Origin: Shewanella electrica
GTDB taxonomy: Bacteria; Pseudomonadota; Gammaproteobacteria; Enterobacterales; Shewanellaceae
Direction of reading: 5' to 3'
Length of the DNA stretch: 64,000 bases
Assembly: GCF_022321485.1 (NCBI RefSeq)
Contig: NZ_JAKOGG010000004.1
Span: 50,156 to 114,155, forward strand
The position numbers and the translations under genes were made by a program. Shown piece after piece: positions 51,006 to 63,032 of this stretch. Position 1 is the stretch's first letter; every line of letters begins with the position of its first letter. Below the pieces are notes generated by a model. That model made no database searches. It worked only from the letters and a program-made list of their open reading frames with translations, and was not told where the DNA came from.

Positions 51006-52088
51006 ATGTCAGAGGCTCACAAAAACATGTTGTACCAGAATGATGATATAAGAATTAATGAAGTTAAAGAGTTATTACCACCTATTGCCATTCTGGAGCG
51101 ATTTCCGGCGACTGCTGCAGCATCTGAAACGGTGTTTAATTCCCGTAAGAGTATTCACAATATTCTGAAAGGGGTTGATGACCGTTTATTAGTGATTATT
51201 GGGCCGTGTTCAATCCATGATCCAGCATCTGCATTGGAATACGGGCGTCGTCTGAGTGTGTTGCGCGAGAAGTACCAAGATCAGCTAGAAGTGGTGATGC
51301 GAGTCTATTTTGAAAAACCACGTACTACGGTGGGTTGGAAAGGGCTGATCAACGACCCCTACATGGATAAGAGCTTCGACATCAACGATGGCTTACGCAA
51401 AGCTCGCCGCTTGCTGTTAGAAGTGAACGATGCCGGCATGCCAACTGCGGGTGAATTTCTCGATATGATTACACCGCAATACTTAGCGGACTTAATGTGT
51501 TGGGGAGCCATTGGTGCGAGAACGACTGAGTCGCAAGTGCATCGCGAGCTGGCATCTGGTTTATCTTGCCCCGTAGGCTTTAAAAATGGCACCGACGGCA
51601 ATGTAAAAATTGCGATTGACGCGATTGGCGCTGCGAGTGCGTCACACTATTTCTTGTCAGTGACTAAGTTTGGTCACTCAGCGATTGTTTCGACGAAAGG
51701 TAATCAAGACTGCCACATTATTTTACGTGGTGGCAAAGCGCCTAACTACAGTGAGACTCATGTACAAGAAACCAGTGCTAAGCTGAAAAAGGCGGGGTTA
51801 CGGCCGAATATTATGATTGATTTCAGCCACGCTAATTCGAACAAAGATTACAAACGTCAGCTCGTGGTTGCCGAAGATATTCAGCAACAGATGGCGAAAG
51901 GTGAAACAGCCATTTTCGGCATCATGGTTGAGAGTCATTTGATCGAAGGTCGGCAAGATATGCAGCCGGGTGAGCCGTTACGTTATGGTCAAAGTATTAC
52001 TGATGCGTGTCTTGGCTGGGAAGATACCGAAACGTTATTGGCGATGATGAATGATGCGGTGCTTGCTCGTCGACAAGCGACCAAGTAA
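51006..52088 (+). CDS. 3-deoxy-7-phosphoheptulonate (DAHP) synthase, class I alpha
   Basis: MLYQNDDIRINEVKELLPPIAILERFP...RLLVIIGPCSIHDP is collinear with E. coli AroG/AroF. The true start is probably the ATG at 51027. Isozyme specificity is not assignable. Confidence 0.9.
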   Translation: MSEAHKNMLYQNDDIRINEVKELLPPIAILERFPATAAASETVFNSRKSIHNILKGVDDRLLVIIGPCSIHDPASALEYGRRLSVLREKYQDQLEVVMRVYFEKPRTTVGWKGLINDPYMDKSFDINDGLRKARRLLLEVNDAGMPTAGEFLDMITPQYLADLMCWGAIGARTTESQVHRELASGLSCPVGFKNGTDGNVKIAIDAIGAASASHYFLSVTKFGHSAIVSTKGNQDCHIILRGGKAPNYSETHVQETSAKLKKAGLRPNIMIDFSHANSNKDYKRQLVVAEDIQQQMAKGETAIFGIMVESHLIEGRQDMQPGEPLRYGQSITDACLGWEDTETLLAMMNDAVLARRQATK

Positions 52089-52107
52089 ATCAAGCTGAAG
52101 ATAAAAA

Positions 52108-52140
52108 AGCAAAGGCGCCTTTAAGGTGCCTTTGTTGTTT
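52108..52140 (+). terminator. Rho-independent terminator after the DAHP synthase gene
   Basis: aaaggcgcc-tttaa-ggtgccttt followed by gttgttt. Confidence 0.6.
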
Positions 52141-52605
52141 GTAGCTGTTGGTGAACATAATCATTTGCTTTGGCGAGGCTGCCAAAGCAGTTTATAAGAT
52201 TATTTTTACCTTTCTCGCGGATCTCGGGTGTATTGGATTCCACCATCATCCAAACCCATGTTTGTACGAGCGGGAGAGGTGGGTATTTTGTTTGCGTATC
52301 CGGCATATAAGAACCTTGTTAACTTTTATTGTTACAGACTCACGCCCAGTTTCCTCGTTCGTGTTATCACTCCATTGTCTCGTCTGCGGCGATAGATTAG
52401 CAAAGAATTTGCGCCACGATAACCCAGAGAATGGCGTTATATTCAAAAAATATGACAGTTTATTTCGATTGGGGATCAACAACAGCAGCATCTCTAAAAT
52501 AACCTATTGTTGAAAGAATGTTATCACGAGTTAGATTCAGTACTGATTCAGCATCGGCTATTTAGTATGAATTCGTGGTAAATGGTGAATATCAGGAGGA
52601 TACAC

Positions 52606-52875
52606 ATGGAAAACATCTCTTTGTTAGTGAGCCTAGAAGGAACACAACATCAGGTCACTACCGACTGGCGTAGTTTGGCGGCTACGTTGGAAAAGCGCGG
52701 CGTTGATGTTCTTGCACTGAATAAACTGCACACAGAACTTCGGGCTGGGTTAATTGTTACAACACGTGGTTTAACGTTAGCGATGAAATCTGAGAAGAAG
52801 TTGGGTGGGATTAATTATGAAGCACTCTACGCATCGCTGAGTAAAGAAAAGAAATTCGAAAACCATCCGCAATAA
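52606..52875 (+). CDS. Hypothetical small protein (89 aa)
   Basis: A strong CAGGAGG RBS lies 7 nt before the ATG at 52606. It is followed by a terminator hairpin (atccgc-aataata-gcggat-tttttt at 52864-52892). No recognisable family. Confidence 0.5.
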   Translation: MENISLLVSLEGTQHQVTTDWRSLAATLEKRGVDVLALNKLHTELRAGLIVTTRGLTLAMKSEKKLGGINYEALYASLSKEKKFENHPQ

Positions 52876-52889
52876 TAGCGGATGGTTTT

Positions 52890-53105
52890 TTATTTGCCTT
52901 GAGAAGGTTCTTTCTCCCAGCCGTCACAAAGTAAGTGTTTGCAGTTGTCTGCCTCATTCATCGGCGTTAGAGCTGTTATTTTGCCGCCGCGATAACACAA
53001 CAGTTCACCTTCAATTTCAATCATACGATTGCAGCTTCTGCAGCTAAAGGATGTCTCTTTGACGTGCTCTGCGTTGGGCGTCTGACTCGCGTATGTAGGC
53101 TTCAT
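52890..53105 (-). CDS. YfgJ-like zinc-ribbon protein (DUF1407-like), partly degenerate Cys ligands
   Basis: 71 aa. CRSCNRMIEIEGELLCYRG resembles E. coli YfgJ CRSCGEFIEMKALCPDC. An AAGGAA RBS lies 8 nt upstream. Confidence 0.45.
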   Translation of the reverse strand: MKPTYASQTPNAEHVKETSFSCRSCNRMIEIEGELLCYRGGKITALTPMNEADNCKHLLCDGWEKEPSQGK

Positions 53106-53198
53106 TCTCGTTCCTTGAATACTTCGTCACGTGACTTTAGACGTGCATAGTATCATTTTTGTGAGGTGGCGCACAATGTAGAGCGGCGTCAGATATTG

Positions 53199-54689
53199 CT
53201 AACGCTCCAGATGTCTATAACTGTCATCTAACGCTTGGGTGAATCCCGTCTCAGTAACGATGCGAATATGCCTTGGCGATAGCTCTCGAGGATCATGAAT
53301 GCCACACGTGTGTGCCAACATGCCCAAGTCATGATGCAGTGCATGATGATAGTTGGCGACTCGTACCGACTTATCGCGCGGATCGAGCCCTTGTTGTAAG
53401 CGCTTATTGTGCGTTGTTATCCCTGTTGGACAGGTGTCTTTATTACATTGCATTGCTTGAATACAGCCTAAAGCGAACAAATTACCTCGTGCAGATGCGA
53501 TAAAATCGGCGCCTAAGGCGAGTGCCCAAGCGATACGAGAAGGTGTGATCAATTTGCCTGAGGCGATGACTTTTATACGATGCTTGAGCCCATTCTGTTT
53601 TAACAGTGCGACCACAATCGGCAGACTCTCCTTGAGTGGCAGGCCAACGTAATCCATCAAAGGTTGTGGTGCCGCACCGGTACCGCCCTCGGCACCATCA
53701 ATGGTGATGAAATCAGGTGCAGATGCTTCGCCGCGATGGTTTATTTCGGCAAAGAATGATTGCAGCCATTGCTGTTCGCCCAGCACGAACTTAATGCCAA
53801 CAGGTTTTCCTGTGACTTTGCGTACCGTATTGATCATATCGACAATATCGCTGACGCTCTGAAACTCGATATGTCCATTAGGACTGATCGAATCCTCACC
53901 TACGGGGATCCCACGGATCTGCGCAATCTCTTCGGTCACTTTCACTCCCGGAAGAATGCCGCCTTTACCGGGTTTCGCCCCTTGGCTCATCTTTATTTCA
54001 AACATTTTTACTTGCGGGTAGTTCGCCAACTGTTTCAGCTTGGCATGATCGAGATGGCCTTTGCTATTTCTAACGCCGTATTTAGCGGTGCCAATTTGAA
54101 ACACTAAATCGCAGTTGCCTTTTAAATGGTATGGGCTGAGACCACCTTCACCGGTATTTAGCCAGCAGCCCGCCATGGCGGCACCGTGAGATAAGGCGGT
54201 GATGGCTGGGCGAGACAGGGCGCCGAAGCTCATGGCTGAAATATGGCAGATGCGGTCGGTACTGTAAGGCTGTGGGCAATCAGGGCCGATGGTCAGCGTT
54301 GATGGCGGCACACTCTCTTCGTCGACATTGGGAAATGCTGTATTGAGAAAAATGATACTGCCATTAGCTTCAAGTGGTCGTGTCGAGCCAAAGGCAATAG
54401 TGCGGTCGACATTTTTGGCGGCGCGATATACCCAACTTCTTTCTGAACGATTAAATGGTAGCTCCTCACGATCCATGGCGAAGAAATACTGCCTGAAGAA
54501 TTCGCCCTGTTTTTCGAAAAAATAGCGAAATCGACCAACAATCGGGTAGTTGTGTCTTACTGCTTGTTTGGTCTGCCAGCGGTCGGCGATATACATGTAA
54601 ACCAATAGCAGCAATACACAGCCAATTACGATCAAGAATAAACTTGAAAACAGCTCCAACCCCAAGATGAACCAGTTGCTATCTGCCAT
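53199..54689 (-). CDS. Membrane-anchored FMN-binding glutamate-synthase-family protein (GltS domain-2-like)
   Basis: N-terminal TM (ILGLELFSSLFLIVIGCVLLLLVYMYI). The FMN/substrate block KMSQGAKPGKGGILPG parallels the GltB QGAKPGEGGQLPG motif. Confidence 0.8.
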   Translation of the reverse strand: MADSNWFILGLELFSSLFLIVIGCVLLLLVYMYIADRWQTKQAVRHNYPIVGRFRYFFEKQGEFFRQYFFAMDREELPFNRSERSWVYRAAKNVDRTIAFGSTRPLEANGSIIFLNTAFPNVDEESVPPSTLTIGPDCPQPYSTDRICHISAMSFGALSRPAITALSHGAAMAGCWLNTGEGGLSPYHLKGNCDLVFQIGTAKYGVRNSKGHLDHAKLKQLANYPQVKMFEIKMSQGAKPGKGGILPGVKVTEEIAQIRGIPVGEDSISPNGHIEFQSVSDIVDMINTVRKVTGKPVGIKFVLGEQQWLQSFFAEINHRGEASAPDFITIDGAEGGTGAAPQPLMDYVGLPLKESLPIVVALLKQNGLKHRIKVIASGKLITPSRIAWALALGADFIASARGNLFALGCIQAMQCNKDTCPTGITTHNKRLQQGLDPRDKSVRVANYHHALHHDLGMLAHTCGIHDPRELSPRHIRIVTETGFTQALDDSYRHLER

Positions 54690-54784
54690 GCGGCTTCCTT
54701 CTATTATGCTATCGACGAAAAATTGTTCTCTGCCATCATACGCATGCCATGCTGCTTTACTAAACTGGATATAAGGCTAAAGTT

Positions 54785-55450
54785 GTGCAAAAAATGGCCG
54801 ATAACGAATTGGGTATGAGTCATTGGGTGCTTATTATGGATATTCAAAATCACGGCTATCAGGTGTCACAAGTAGCAAAAGATAAGACGGCAACGGTGGA
54901 TGGCAACCACGGTAAGGCGGTGTCGGAGGTCGCAAGCAACAAAAGTAGCTACGCGCAGGGGCAGCAACTGAAAAATGCGGCAATTCTTGCGGCACAGGAA
55001 GATGTGGCGATCAGCTCTGGCGATCAGTCGCTGGCCTTGCTGTACCGTACCGCGTTGGAGGCGATCAATGAAGAGTTAGCGCCTTATATGGGTAATAACG
55101 CTGTACAAAATAGCGTTGCTACTGGCATGGATTATTCGCCGGAAGCGACGGCAGGCCGAATTGTCGATTTCGCCACCCAGTTTTTTTCAGTTTATCAGCA
55201 ACAGAACCGCGGTTTAGCATTTGAAGATCAGCTTAATGGTTTTATGAATATCATTGGCGGTGCAATTGACCAAGGTTTTGGCGAGGCCAAAGATATTCTC
55301 GACCGATTACAGGTACTCAACGGGGATGTTGCCGCTGGCGTCGATGAAACCTATCAACATGTGCAATCTGGGCTACAAGCGTTTTACGAGCGAATGTTGC
55401 CGCCGAAGGACAGCGAAACCGAGGCGACTAGCTCCACAGATGCACAATAG
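54785..55450 (+). CDS. Hypothetical protein (221 aa), acidic C-terminus
   Basis: An ORF with coding-like composition and no recognisable motifs. The start is uncertain. Confidence 0.35.
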   Translation: MQKMADNELGMSHWVLIMDIQNHGYQVSQVAKDKTATVDGNHGKAVSEVASNKSSYAQGQQLKNAAILAAQEDVAISSGDQSLALLYRTALEAINEELAPYMGNNAVQNSVATGMDYSPEATAGRIVDFATQFFSVYQQQNRGLAFEDQLNGFMNIIGGAIDQGFGEAKDILDRLQVLNGDVAAGVDETYQHVQSGLQAFYERMLPPKDSETEATSSTDAQ

Positions 55451-55827
55451 CGTTGCTCCTTGCTTAACCCTCTGGTCGCCAATCACCACCGCTATCTTTG
55501 GATACAGTGGTCGGGATTGGCGATATCGCCTTATTGCTTGCCTAATTTTGGTCGATATTGATAACAGCTTTACAGCAACAGAGTTGAATTTTTGAGCAAA
55601 TTGCCAGATGCTCCATTAATCAACATTCATCGCCTTCGAGATTATGGCCGACATGCATGATGTTATGAGCGTGCCGTTTGCTTATGTGGTGATCATTAAT
55701 GTCACCGCCTTACCGATAAATTTATGCTAACTTGTTTATAAATTTATAATTAATCTGCAGTGATCGATTAACTTTTTGCTCAAGAAGCGGATAATGTTGC
55801 CGAATTAAGTTCAGATTAAAAGGTAGC

Positions 55828-56766
55828 TTGATGGATATGCTCGATATGCCACGTGAACAACTGGGAGTGTGTGCCGAAGGAAATCTGCACAGCGTCTATT
55901 TAATGTTTAATGCCGTAGAAGGTGCCGAAGCTCAGCTACGGCCATGTTTGGCTAGTATTGCTCAACACATCTATGACCTTGCCGATCAATACGCTGACAG
56001 CGCATTTAATGGCTTTATTGCCATCGGTGCTAACTTCTGGGACAGCTTATATGCTGGCGAACGTCCAGCGCTGTTACGACCATTTCCAGCAATGGAAGAG
56101 GGCAATCGTGATGCACCCGCGATTGAATATGATCTGTTCGTGCAGTTGCGTTGTGATCGTTTAGATATCCTCCATCTGGTTGCCAACGAAGTCTACGATA
56201 TGTTGGAAGATGTGGCAGAGTTGCAGGATGAAGAACGCGGCTTCCGTTACATGGACAGCCGAGATTTGACTGGGTTTGTCGATGGCACTGAAAATCCTAA
56301 AGGCCGCCATCGTCAAGAGGTTGCCTTGGTTGGTGATGAAGACTATGCGTTTCGCAGCGGTAGTTATATTCACGTGCAAAAGTACGTGCATAATCTGCGC
56401 AAGTGGCAACGTGTACCGATGAAAAAGCAGGAAGATATTATTGGCCGCACCAAGCTAGATAATATTGAATATGCTTCTGCAGATAAGCCGTTAACCAGTC
56501 ATATCAAGCGGGTGAATCTTAAAGATGAACAGGGCGCATCAATGGAGATCCTGCGGCAAAGCATGCCGTATGGCTCGTTGAAACAGCAAGGTTTGATGTT
56601 TATCTCTACCTGCAAAACGCCGGTGCATTTTGAAAAAATGCTGGCGAGCATGATCCATAGTGATAGCGCGGGCAATCATGATCACATGCTGCATTTTACC
56701 CAAGCGGTGAGTGGCTCCTCCTTTTTTGCGCCATCGTTGGATTTTCTTATCCAGTATGATGATTAA
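55828..56766 (+). CDS. yfeX: Dye-decolorizing (DyP-type) peroxidase, YfeX-like
   Basis: [22 protein letters not shown] is the DyP signature GXXDG block and matches E. coli YfeX [23 protein letters not shown]. The gene lacks a signal peptide, consistent with cytoplasmic YfeX. Confidence 0.85.
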   Translation: [312 protein letters not shown]

Positions 56767-56854
56767 CAGCGGCTGATATGCAGTTGCATGTTTTGCCGCT
56801 GACAGCGGGGCGTTAAAAGGGAGATGCCGTTACTCGCTACTCATTGCCTTTAAA

Positions 56855-56884
56855 TAAAAAACGCACTTGAAGTGCGTTTTTTAT
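56855..56884. terminator. Bidirectional rho-independent terminator (yfeX / argR convergent)
   Basis: aaaaaacgcac-ttgaa-gtgcgtttttt. Confidence 0.85.
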
Positions 56885-56898
56885 TAGGCGTTTCGTAA

Positions 56899-57369
56899 TT
56901 ACTCAGAGTAATTGAATAGCGATTTTACCGTCTCCAGCGTGTCATCAATGCTTTTGATATTCGCCGGGCAGATGAAAATCGTGTCATCCCCGGCAATGGT
57001 ACCGAGAATGCCTTCAGGTTTGCCGATAGAATCGAGCAGACGTGCAATCAACTGAGCGGCGCCGGGGCTGGTACGCACCACAATCATGGCTTGGTTATGG
57101 TCAACATCCAATACCAAATTCTTAAGTGGGCTACCGGCGGTTGGCACGCCTAATTCAGCGGGCAAGCAGTAAACCATCTCTTGTTTAGCATTGCGGGTAC
57201 GCACTGCGCCAAACTTGCTCAGCATACGTGATACTTTGGATTGGTTCACGTTGCCGAAACCTTCGGTTTGAAGTGCGTTAACTATTTCACCCTGAGAACC
57301 GAACCGCTCTTCTTTGAGTAGTGCTTTGAATGTCTTAATCAGATCATCCTGGCTTTTTGCTGTTTTCAT
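56899..57369 (-). CDS. argR: Arginine repressor
   Basis: [51 protein letters not shown] is the winged-helix N-domain. The C-terminal oligomerisation domain carries [11 protein letters not shown]. Divergent from mdh as in enterics. Confidence 0.93.
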   Translation of the reverse strand: MKTAKSQDDLIKTFKALLKEERFGSQGEIVNALQTEGFGNVNQSKVSRMLSKFGAVRTRNAKQEMVYCLPAELGVPTAGSPLKNLVLDVDHNQAMIVVRTSPGAAQLIARLLDSIGKPEGILGTIAGDDTIFICPANIKSIDDTLETVKSLFNYSE

Positions 57370-57642
57370 TATATCTGTTCCAGGTATTCATTAAATCGCG
57401 CCAATACTGCATACAGCTGGAAGCTAAGTCAACTTCCACGCATTCACAGTGAATAAAAATGCATTATGCCACTGTAAGCTTTTATAAACATCCTGATTTG
57501 TAACTATTGAACTTTTAAATTCATGGAGCCAATCATGTGACTAAGGGATAATTGATATTTTTGTGATCGTAGCCTAAATTTTCTCCTGCCTAAAGTTGGA
57601 TCTGGCTCACAAAAAAGTCCGATAATTGACGGAGTAAGACAT

Positions 57643-58578
57643 ATGAAAGTTGCTGTTCTTGGTGCTGCCGGTGGAATTGGTCAGGCGCTCGCCCTTTTAC
57701 TGAAAACTCAATTGCCTGCTGGTTCTCAGTTATCTCTATATGATATTGCGCCAGTGACTCCAGGTGTTGCGGTTGATCTTAGCCATATCCCAACCGCTGT
57801 GGATGTAAAAGGCTTTGCTGGGGAAGATCCTACTCCTGCACTAGAAGGCGCTGATGTTGTTTTGATTTCTGCCGGGGTAGCACGTAAGCCGGGAATGGAT
57901 CGTTCCGATCTATTTAATATTAATGCAGGGATTGTGCGTAACCTTATCGAAAAGGTTGCCGTGACTTGTCCGAAAGCGCTCGTTGGTGTGATTACCAACC
58001 CAGTAAATACCACTGTTGCTATTGCTGCCGAAGTACTGAAAAAAGCCGGTGTGTATGACAAGAATCGTTTATTTGGGGTAACCACCCTAGATGTGATCCG
58101 TTCAGAAACCTTTGTGGCTGAATTAAAAGGTAAGAACGTTGCCGACGTTAAAGTGAACGTGATTGGTGGTCACAGTGGCGTGACGATTTTACCGCTGTTA
58201 TCACAAATTGACGGCGTGTCCTTTACCGAAGACGAAGTGGCTGCGTTAACGAAACGTATTCAAAATGCCGGTACTGAAGTGGTAGAAGCGAAAGCCGGTG
58301 GCGGCAGTGCAACATTGTCGATGGGCCAAGCGGCGTGTCGTTTTGGATTATCGTTGGTGCGCGCGCTTAATGGCGAAAGCAATGTGGTTGAATGTGCCTA
58401 TGTTGATGGTGGTAGCGAGCATGCGGCGCTGTTTGCTCAGCCAGTGCTGCTTGGCAAGAATGGTATCGAAAAAGTGCTGCCTTATGGTGAGCTGAGTGCC
58501 TTTGAAGCCCAAGCTCGTGACAGTATGTTAGATACGCTGAAGGCAGATATCCAATTGGGTGTGGACTTCGTTAAATAG
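57643..58578 (+). CDS. mdh: Malate dehydrogenase
   Basis: [21 protein letters not shown] and [18 protein letters not shown] are near-identical to E. coli Mdh. Confidence 0.95.
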   Translation: MKVAVLGAAGGIGQALALLLKTQLPAGSQLSLYDIAPVTPGVAVDLSHIPTAVDVKGFAGEDPTPALEGADVVLISAGVARKPGMDRSDLFNINAGIVRNLIEKVAVTCPKALVGVITNPVNTTVAIAAEVLKKAGVYDKNRLFGVTTLDVIRSETFVAELKGKNVADVKVNVIGGHSGVTILPLLSQIDGVSFTEDEVAALTKRIQNAGTEVVEAKAGGGSATLSMGQAACRFGLSLVRALNGESNVVECAYVDGGSEHAALFAQPVLLGKNGIEKVLPYGELSAFEAQARDSMLDTLKADIQLGVDFVK

Positions 58579-58603
58579 ACGGACAGTTTACTAACCATAG
58601 ATA

Positions 58604-58635
58604 CAAAAATGCGGAGCTAGGCTCCGCATTTTTTA
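58604..58635. terminator. Bidirectional rho-independent terminator (mdh / ispB convergent)
   Basis: aaaaatgcggagc-tag-gctccgcatttttt. Confidence 0.85.
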
Positions 58636-58652
58636 TGGGTATCATGCAACGA

Positions 58653-59624
58653 TTAGTGGGTGCGAGATACTGAGATTTTCGCCAGTGCGATCAGTGCTTG
58701 TTTGAAGTCACTTTCGGGGATTGGTGCTAATGCAGCAATCGCTCGCTCAGATTCTTCAAGGGCACGTTGGTAGGTATAATCCAACGCACCACAATCATGC
58801 AGCGCTGCAACGATGGTATCGATTTGGTCAGTACCGTCACCTTGCTCAATCGCGGTGCGGATAATCTGCTGCGCAGTCGCATCACCATGAGATATGGCAT
58901 AAATCAGTGGCAGCGTTGGTTTGCCTTCTGCTAAGTCATCACCGATATTTTTACCTAGCTCTTCAGTATCGGCAGTGTAATCGAGAAGATCATCGATTAG
59001 CTGGAAGGCGGTACCAAGGTATTTACCGTAATCAGCCATGGCTTGTTCGATTTTACTGTCACATCCCGCTACAACAGCAGCGAGTTGGGTAGCAGCTTCA
59101 AACAACTTAGCGGTTTTACAGTAGATAACCCGCATGTAGGTTTCTTCTTTGGTATCTGGGTCGTTGCAGTTCATTAACTGCAATACTTCCCCTTCGGCCA
59201 GCACGTTGGTAGTGTCGGCCAGTACCCGTAATACTTTCATTGACTCGAGTTCGGTCATCATTTGAAAGGAGCGGGTATAAAGGAAGTCACCTACTAATAC
59301 ACTGGCACTATTACCAAACAAGGCATTAGCGGTTTCTCGCCCGCGGCGCAGGGTTGATTCATCAACCACATCATCATGTAGTAAAGATGCGGTATGAATG
59401 AACTCGACAATAGCAGCGAGCTTAACGTGTAAATCACCTTGGTAATCAACCGCACGCGCCGCTAGTACCGACAGCAGCGGGCGCATGCGTTTTCCACCAC
59501 CATTGATGATGTAAAAACCGAGTTGATTAATTAAGGCAACATCTGATTCAAGTTGTTTATAAATCAGTTGATTGACTGCTTGCATGTCAGCGTCGGCTAA
59601 CTGACGAATTGCGGTTAAATCCAT
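58653..59624 (-). CDS. ispB: Octaprenyl-diphosphate synthase
   Basis: Trans-IPPS fold with DDxxD motifs (LLHDDVVDESTLRRG and FQLIDDLLDY). It is positioned upstream of rplU-rpmA on the opposite strand, as in enterics. Confidence 0.9.
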   Translation of the reverse strand: MDLTAIRQLADADMQAVNQLIYKQLESDVALINQLGFYIINGGGKRMRPLLSVLAARAVDYQGDLHVKLAAIVEFIHTASLLHDDVVDESTLRRGRETANALFGNSASVLVGDFLYTRSFQMMTELESMKVLRVLADTTNVLAEGEVLQLMNCNDPDTKEETYMRVIYCKTAKLFEAATQLAAVVAGCDSKIEQAMADYGKYLGTAFQLIDDLLDYTADTEELGKNIGDDLAEGKPTLPLIYAISHGDATAQQIIRTAIEQGDGTDQIDTIVAALHDCGALDYTYQRALEESERAIAALAPIPESDFKQALIALAKISVSRTH

Positions 59625-59894
59625 ATCAGACTCTAAGTTTGACGGATAACTAGCTATCCGGATTGCTTGTTTGGCTGTGTATCTGCTGCGGGATTTTACC
59701 TAAAATCGACTGTTAAGACAGTACTTAAGCAACAGATGTGTGTAATTAACTACTGTTTTTAATATCTGTGCTAATTAGGGCTTGCCTGTGTAGGATTCTT
59801 CGCGTAGAATCCGCGCCCATTGTCATTAAAGTTTTTATGGCGCCTAGTGGTATTATATTTGCCTGGGTGCTGAGAATTTCGGAGTAAAATAGCT

Positions 59895-60206
59895 ATGTAC
59901 GCTGTTTTTCAAAGTGGTGGTAAGCAACACCGTGTTGCTGAAGGTCACACTGTACGATTAGAAAAAATTGAAGTTGCTACAGGCGAAACCATTGAGTTTG
60001 ATCAGGTTCTGCTGGTTGCTAACGGTGAAGACGTTAAAGTAGGTACTCCTTTGGTTGCTGGCGGTAAAGTGGTTGCTACTGTTGTTAGCCACGGTCGCGG
60101 TGAAAAGGTTACTATCCAAAAGTTCAACCGTCGTAAACACCACGAAAAGAAAACTGGCCATCGCCAGTGGTTCACTGAAGTTAAAATCACTGCTATCAAC
60201 GCTTAA
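59895..60206 (+). CDS. rplU: 50S ribosomal protein L21
   Basis: [17 protein letters not shown]..., 103 aa. Confidence 0.95.
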   Translation: MYAVFQSGGKQHRVAEGHTVRLEKIEVATGETIEFDQVLLVANGEDVKVGTPLVAGGKVVATVVSHGRGEKVTIQKFNRRKHHEKKTGHRQWFTEVKITAINA

Positions 60207-60217
60207 TAGGAGTCTGA

Positions 60218-60475
<258 letters not shown>

Positions 60476-60496
60476 GGTTTAGTTCCTTTAGTACTT

Positions 60497-60527
60497 AAGC
60501 CCCGCCATTGGTGGGGCTTTTGTTTTA
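60497..60527 (+). terminator. Rho-independent terminator/attenuator after rpmA
   Basis: aagccccgcc-attg-gtggggctt followed by ttgtttt. Confidence 0.75.
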
Positions 60528-60530
60528 TAA

Positions 60531-61769
<1,239 letters not shown>

Positions 61770-61794
61770 TAACTAAGTGAGAGCCTGACTTCCT

Positions 61795-62553
61795 GTGTAC
61801 GCTGATACCCAAAATGATATCACCCGGCAGGTCGTCCGGGCTGCGCAGTTATTATTGGCCTATGGGGCCGAGTCTGATCTGGTTGAGGAACTCAGCCAGC
61901 GACTTGGCCGAGCCCTTGGGCTTGCCAGTGTTGAGTTATCCATTTCAGCTAACGCTTTGGTCATGACCAGCTTGGTGCATGGCCGTTGCGTTACTACCAC
62001 CCGTCGTATCCGTGAACACGGTATCAATATGGCGGTGGTCTGCGAGTTACAGCGTATCTGTTTACTGGCAGAAAAAGGGCTCTACGGCCCGAATGAAGTA
62101 CGCAAACGGCTTGCCCGCATTCACCCGCGTACTTATCCTCGCTGGGCACTTATTCCCACCATTGCTTTATCCTGTGCCAGCTTTTGTCACCTTTCTGGTG
62201 GCGATCTATTTGCCTGCTTAATTACTTTTCTTGCGTCGAGTGTCGGCATGTATGTGCGCTTGCTGTTGGCGGCGAGACATTTCAATGTGCTGATTAACTT
62301 TGCGGTGACGGCGTTTGTGACCACCCTCATTGCGCAATTGGGTTACTTTCAACCGATCACGGAAACACCACGTTTGGCAATGGCGGCTGCGGTGTTGATG
62401 TTGGTGCCTGGCTTTCCGATGATCAACGCTATCTCCGATATGGTGAAAGGCCATTTGAATGTGGGCATTTCGCGCTGGGGCCAGGCGACGTTAATGACGG
62501 TATCTTCTGTCATCGGTATGACCATTGCGATGCAGCTGGGAGGTTTATTGTGA
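61795..62553 (+). CDS. yjjP: ThrE-family exporter subunit YjjP-like (N-terminal half)
   Basis: An N-terminal cytoplasmic region is followed by 4-5 TM helices. It is paired with, and overlaps, a downstream yjjB-like gene. GTG start. Confidence 0.7.
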   Translation: MYADTQNDITRQVVRAAQLLLAYGAESDLVEELSQRLGRALGLASVELSISANALVMTSLVHGRCVTTTRRIREHGINMAVVCELQRICLLAEKGLYGPNEVRKRLARIHPRTYPRWALIPTIALSCASFCHLSGGDLFACLITFLASSVGMYVRLLLAARHFNVLINFAVTAFVTTLIAQLGYFQPITETPRLAMAAAVLMLVPGFPMINAISDMVKGHLNVGISRWGQATLMTVSSVIGMTIAMQLGGLL

Positions 62554-63020
62554 TGGAGCTGCTGCTGGTTTTATTGAATGATGCGTTTTTTTCAGCGATC
62601 CCTGCGGTTGGCTTTGCCATGTTGTTTAATGTGCCGCGCCGTTTTTTAGTGTTTTGTGCTATCGCTGGCTCAATCGGCCATTGCGCACGTACCATTATGA
62701 TGCGAGGCGGATTACCGATCGAATGGTCCACCTTTGCCGCCGCTGCGATCATTGGCGTTATTACTATCGCCTTTGCTAAGCGCCATTTAGCGCCGCCACT
62801 GTTATACGCAGTAGCGGCGATTATCCCGATGATCCCCGGTTCATATGCCTACAATACGGTTATCGCCATTGTGCAATTAACCGCGAGCCAGTCGTTGCAG
62901 CCAGAATTACTCAATAGTGCAGTTACTAACGGATTGAAAACTATTTTTATTTTGGGAGCCTTGTCTGTTGGCTTGGCAATGCCCGCCTTAGTGTATTACC
63001 GTACACGCCCTATTATTTAA
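62550..63020 (+). CDS. yjjB: ThrE-family exporter subunit YjjB-like
   Basis: 156 aa with four TM helices. The ATGA overlap with the yjjP-like gene matches the conserved yjjP-yjjB pair. Confidence 0.7.
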   Translation: MMELLLVLLNDAFFSAIPAVGFAMLFNVPRRFLVFCAIAGSIGHCARTIMMRGGLPIEWSTFAAAAIIGVITIAFAKRHLAPPLLYAVAAIIPMIPGSYAYNTVIAIVQLTASQSLQPELLNSAVTNGLKTIFILGALSVGLAMPALVYYRTRPII

Positions 63021-63032
63021 CAGGATAAGCTA

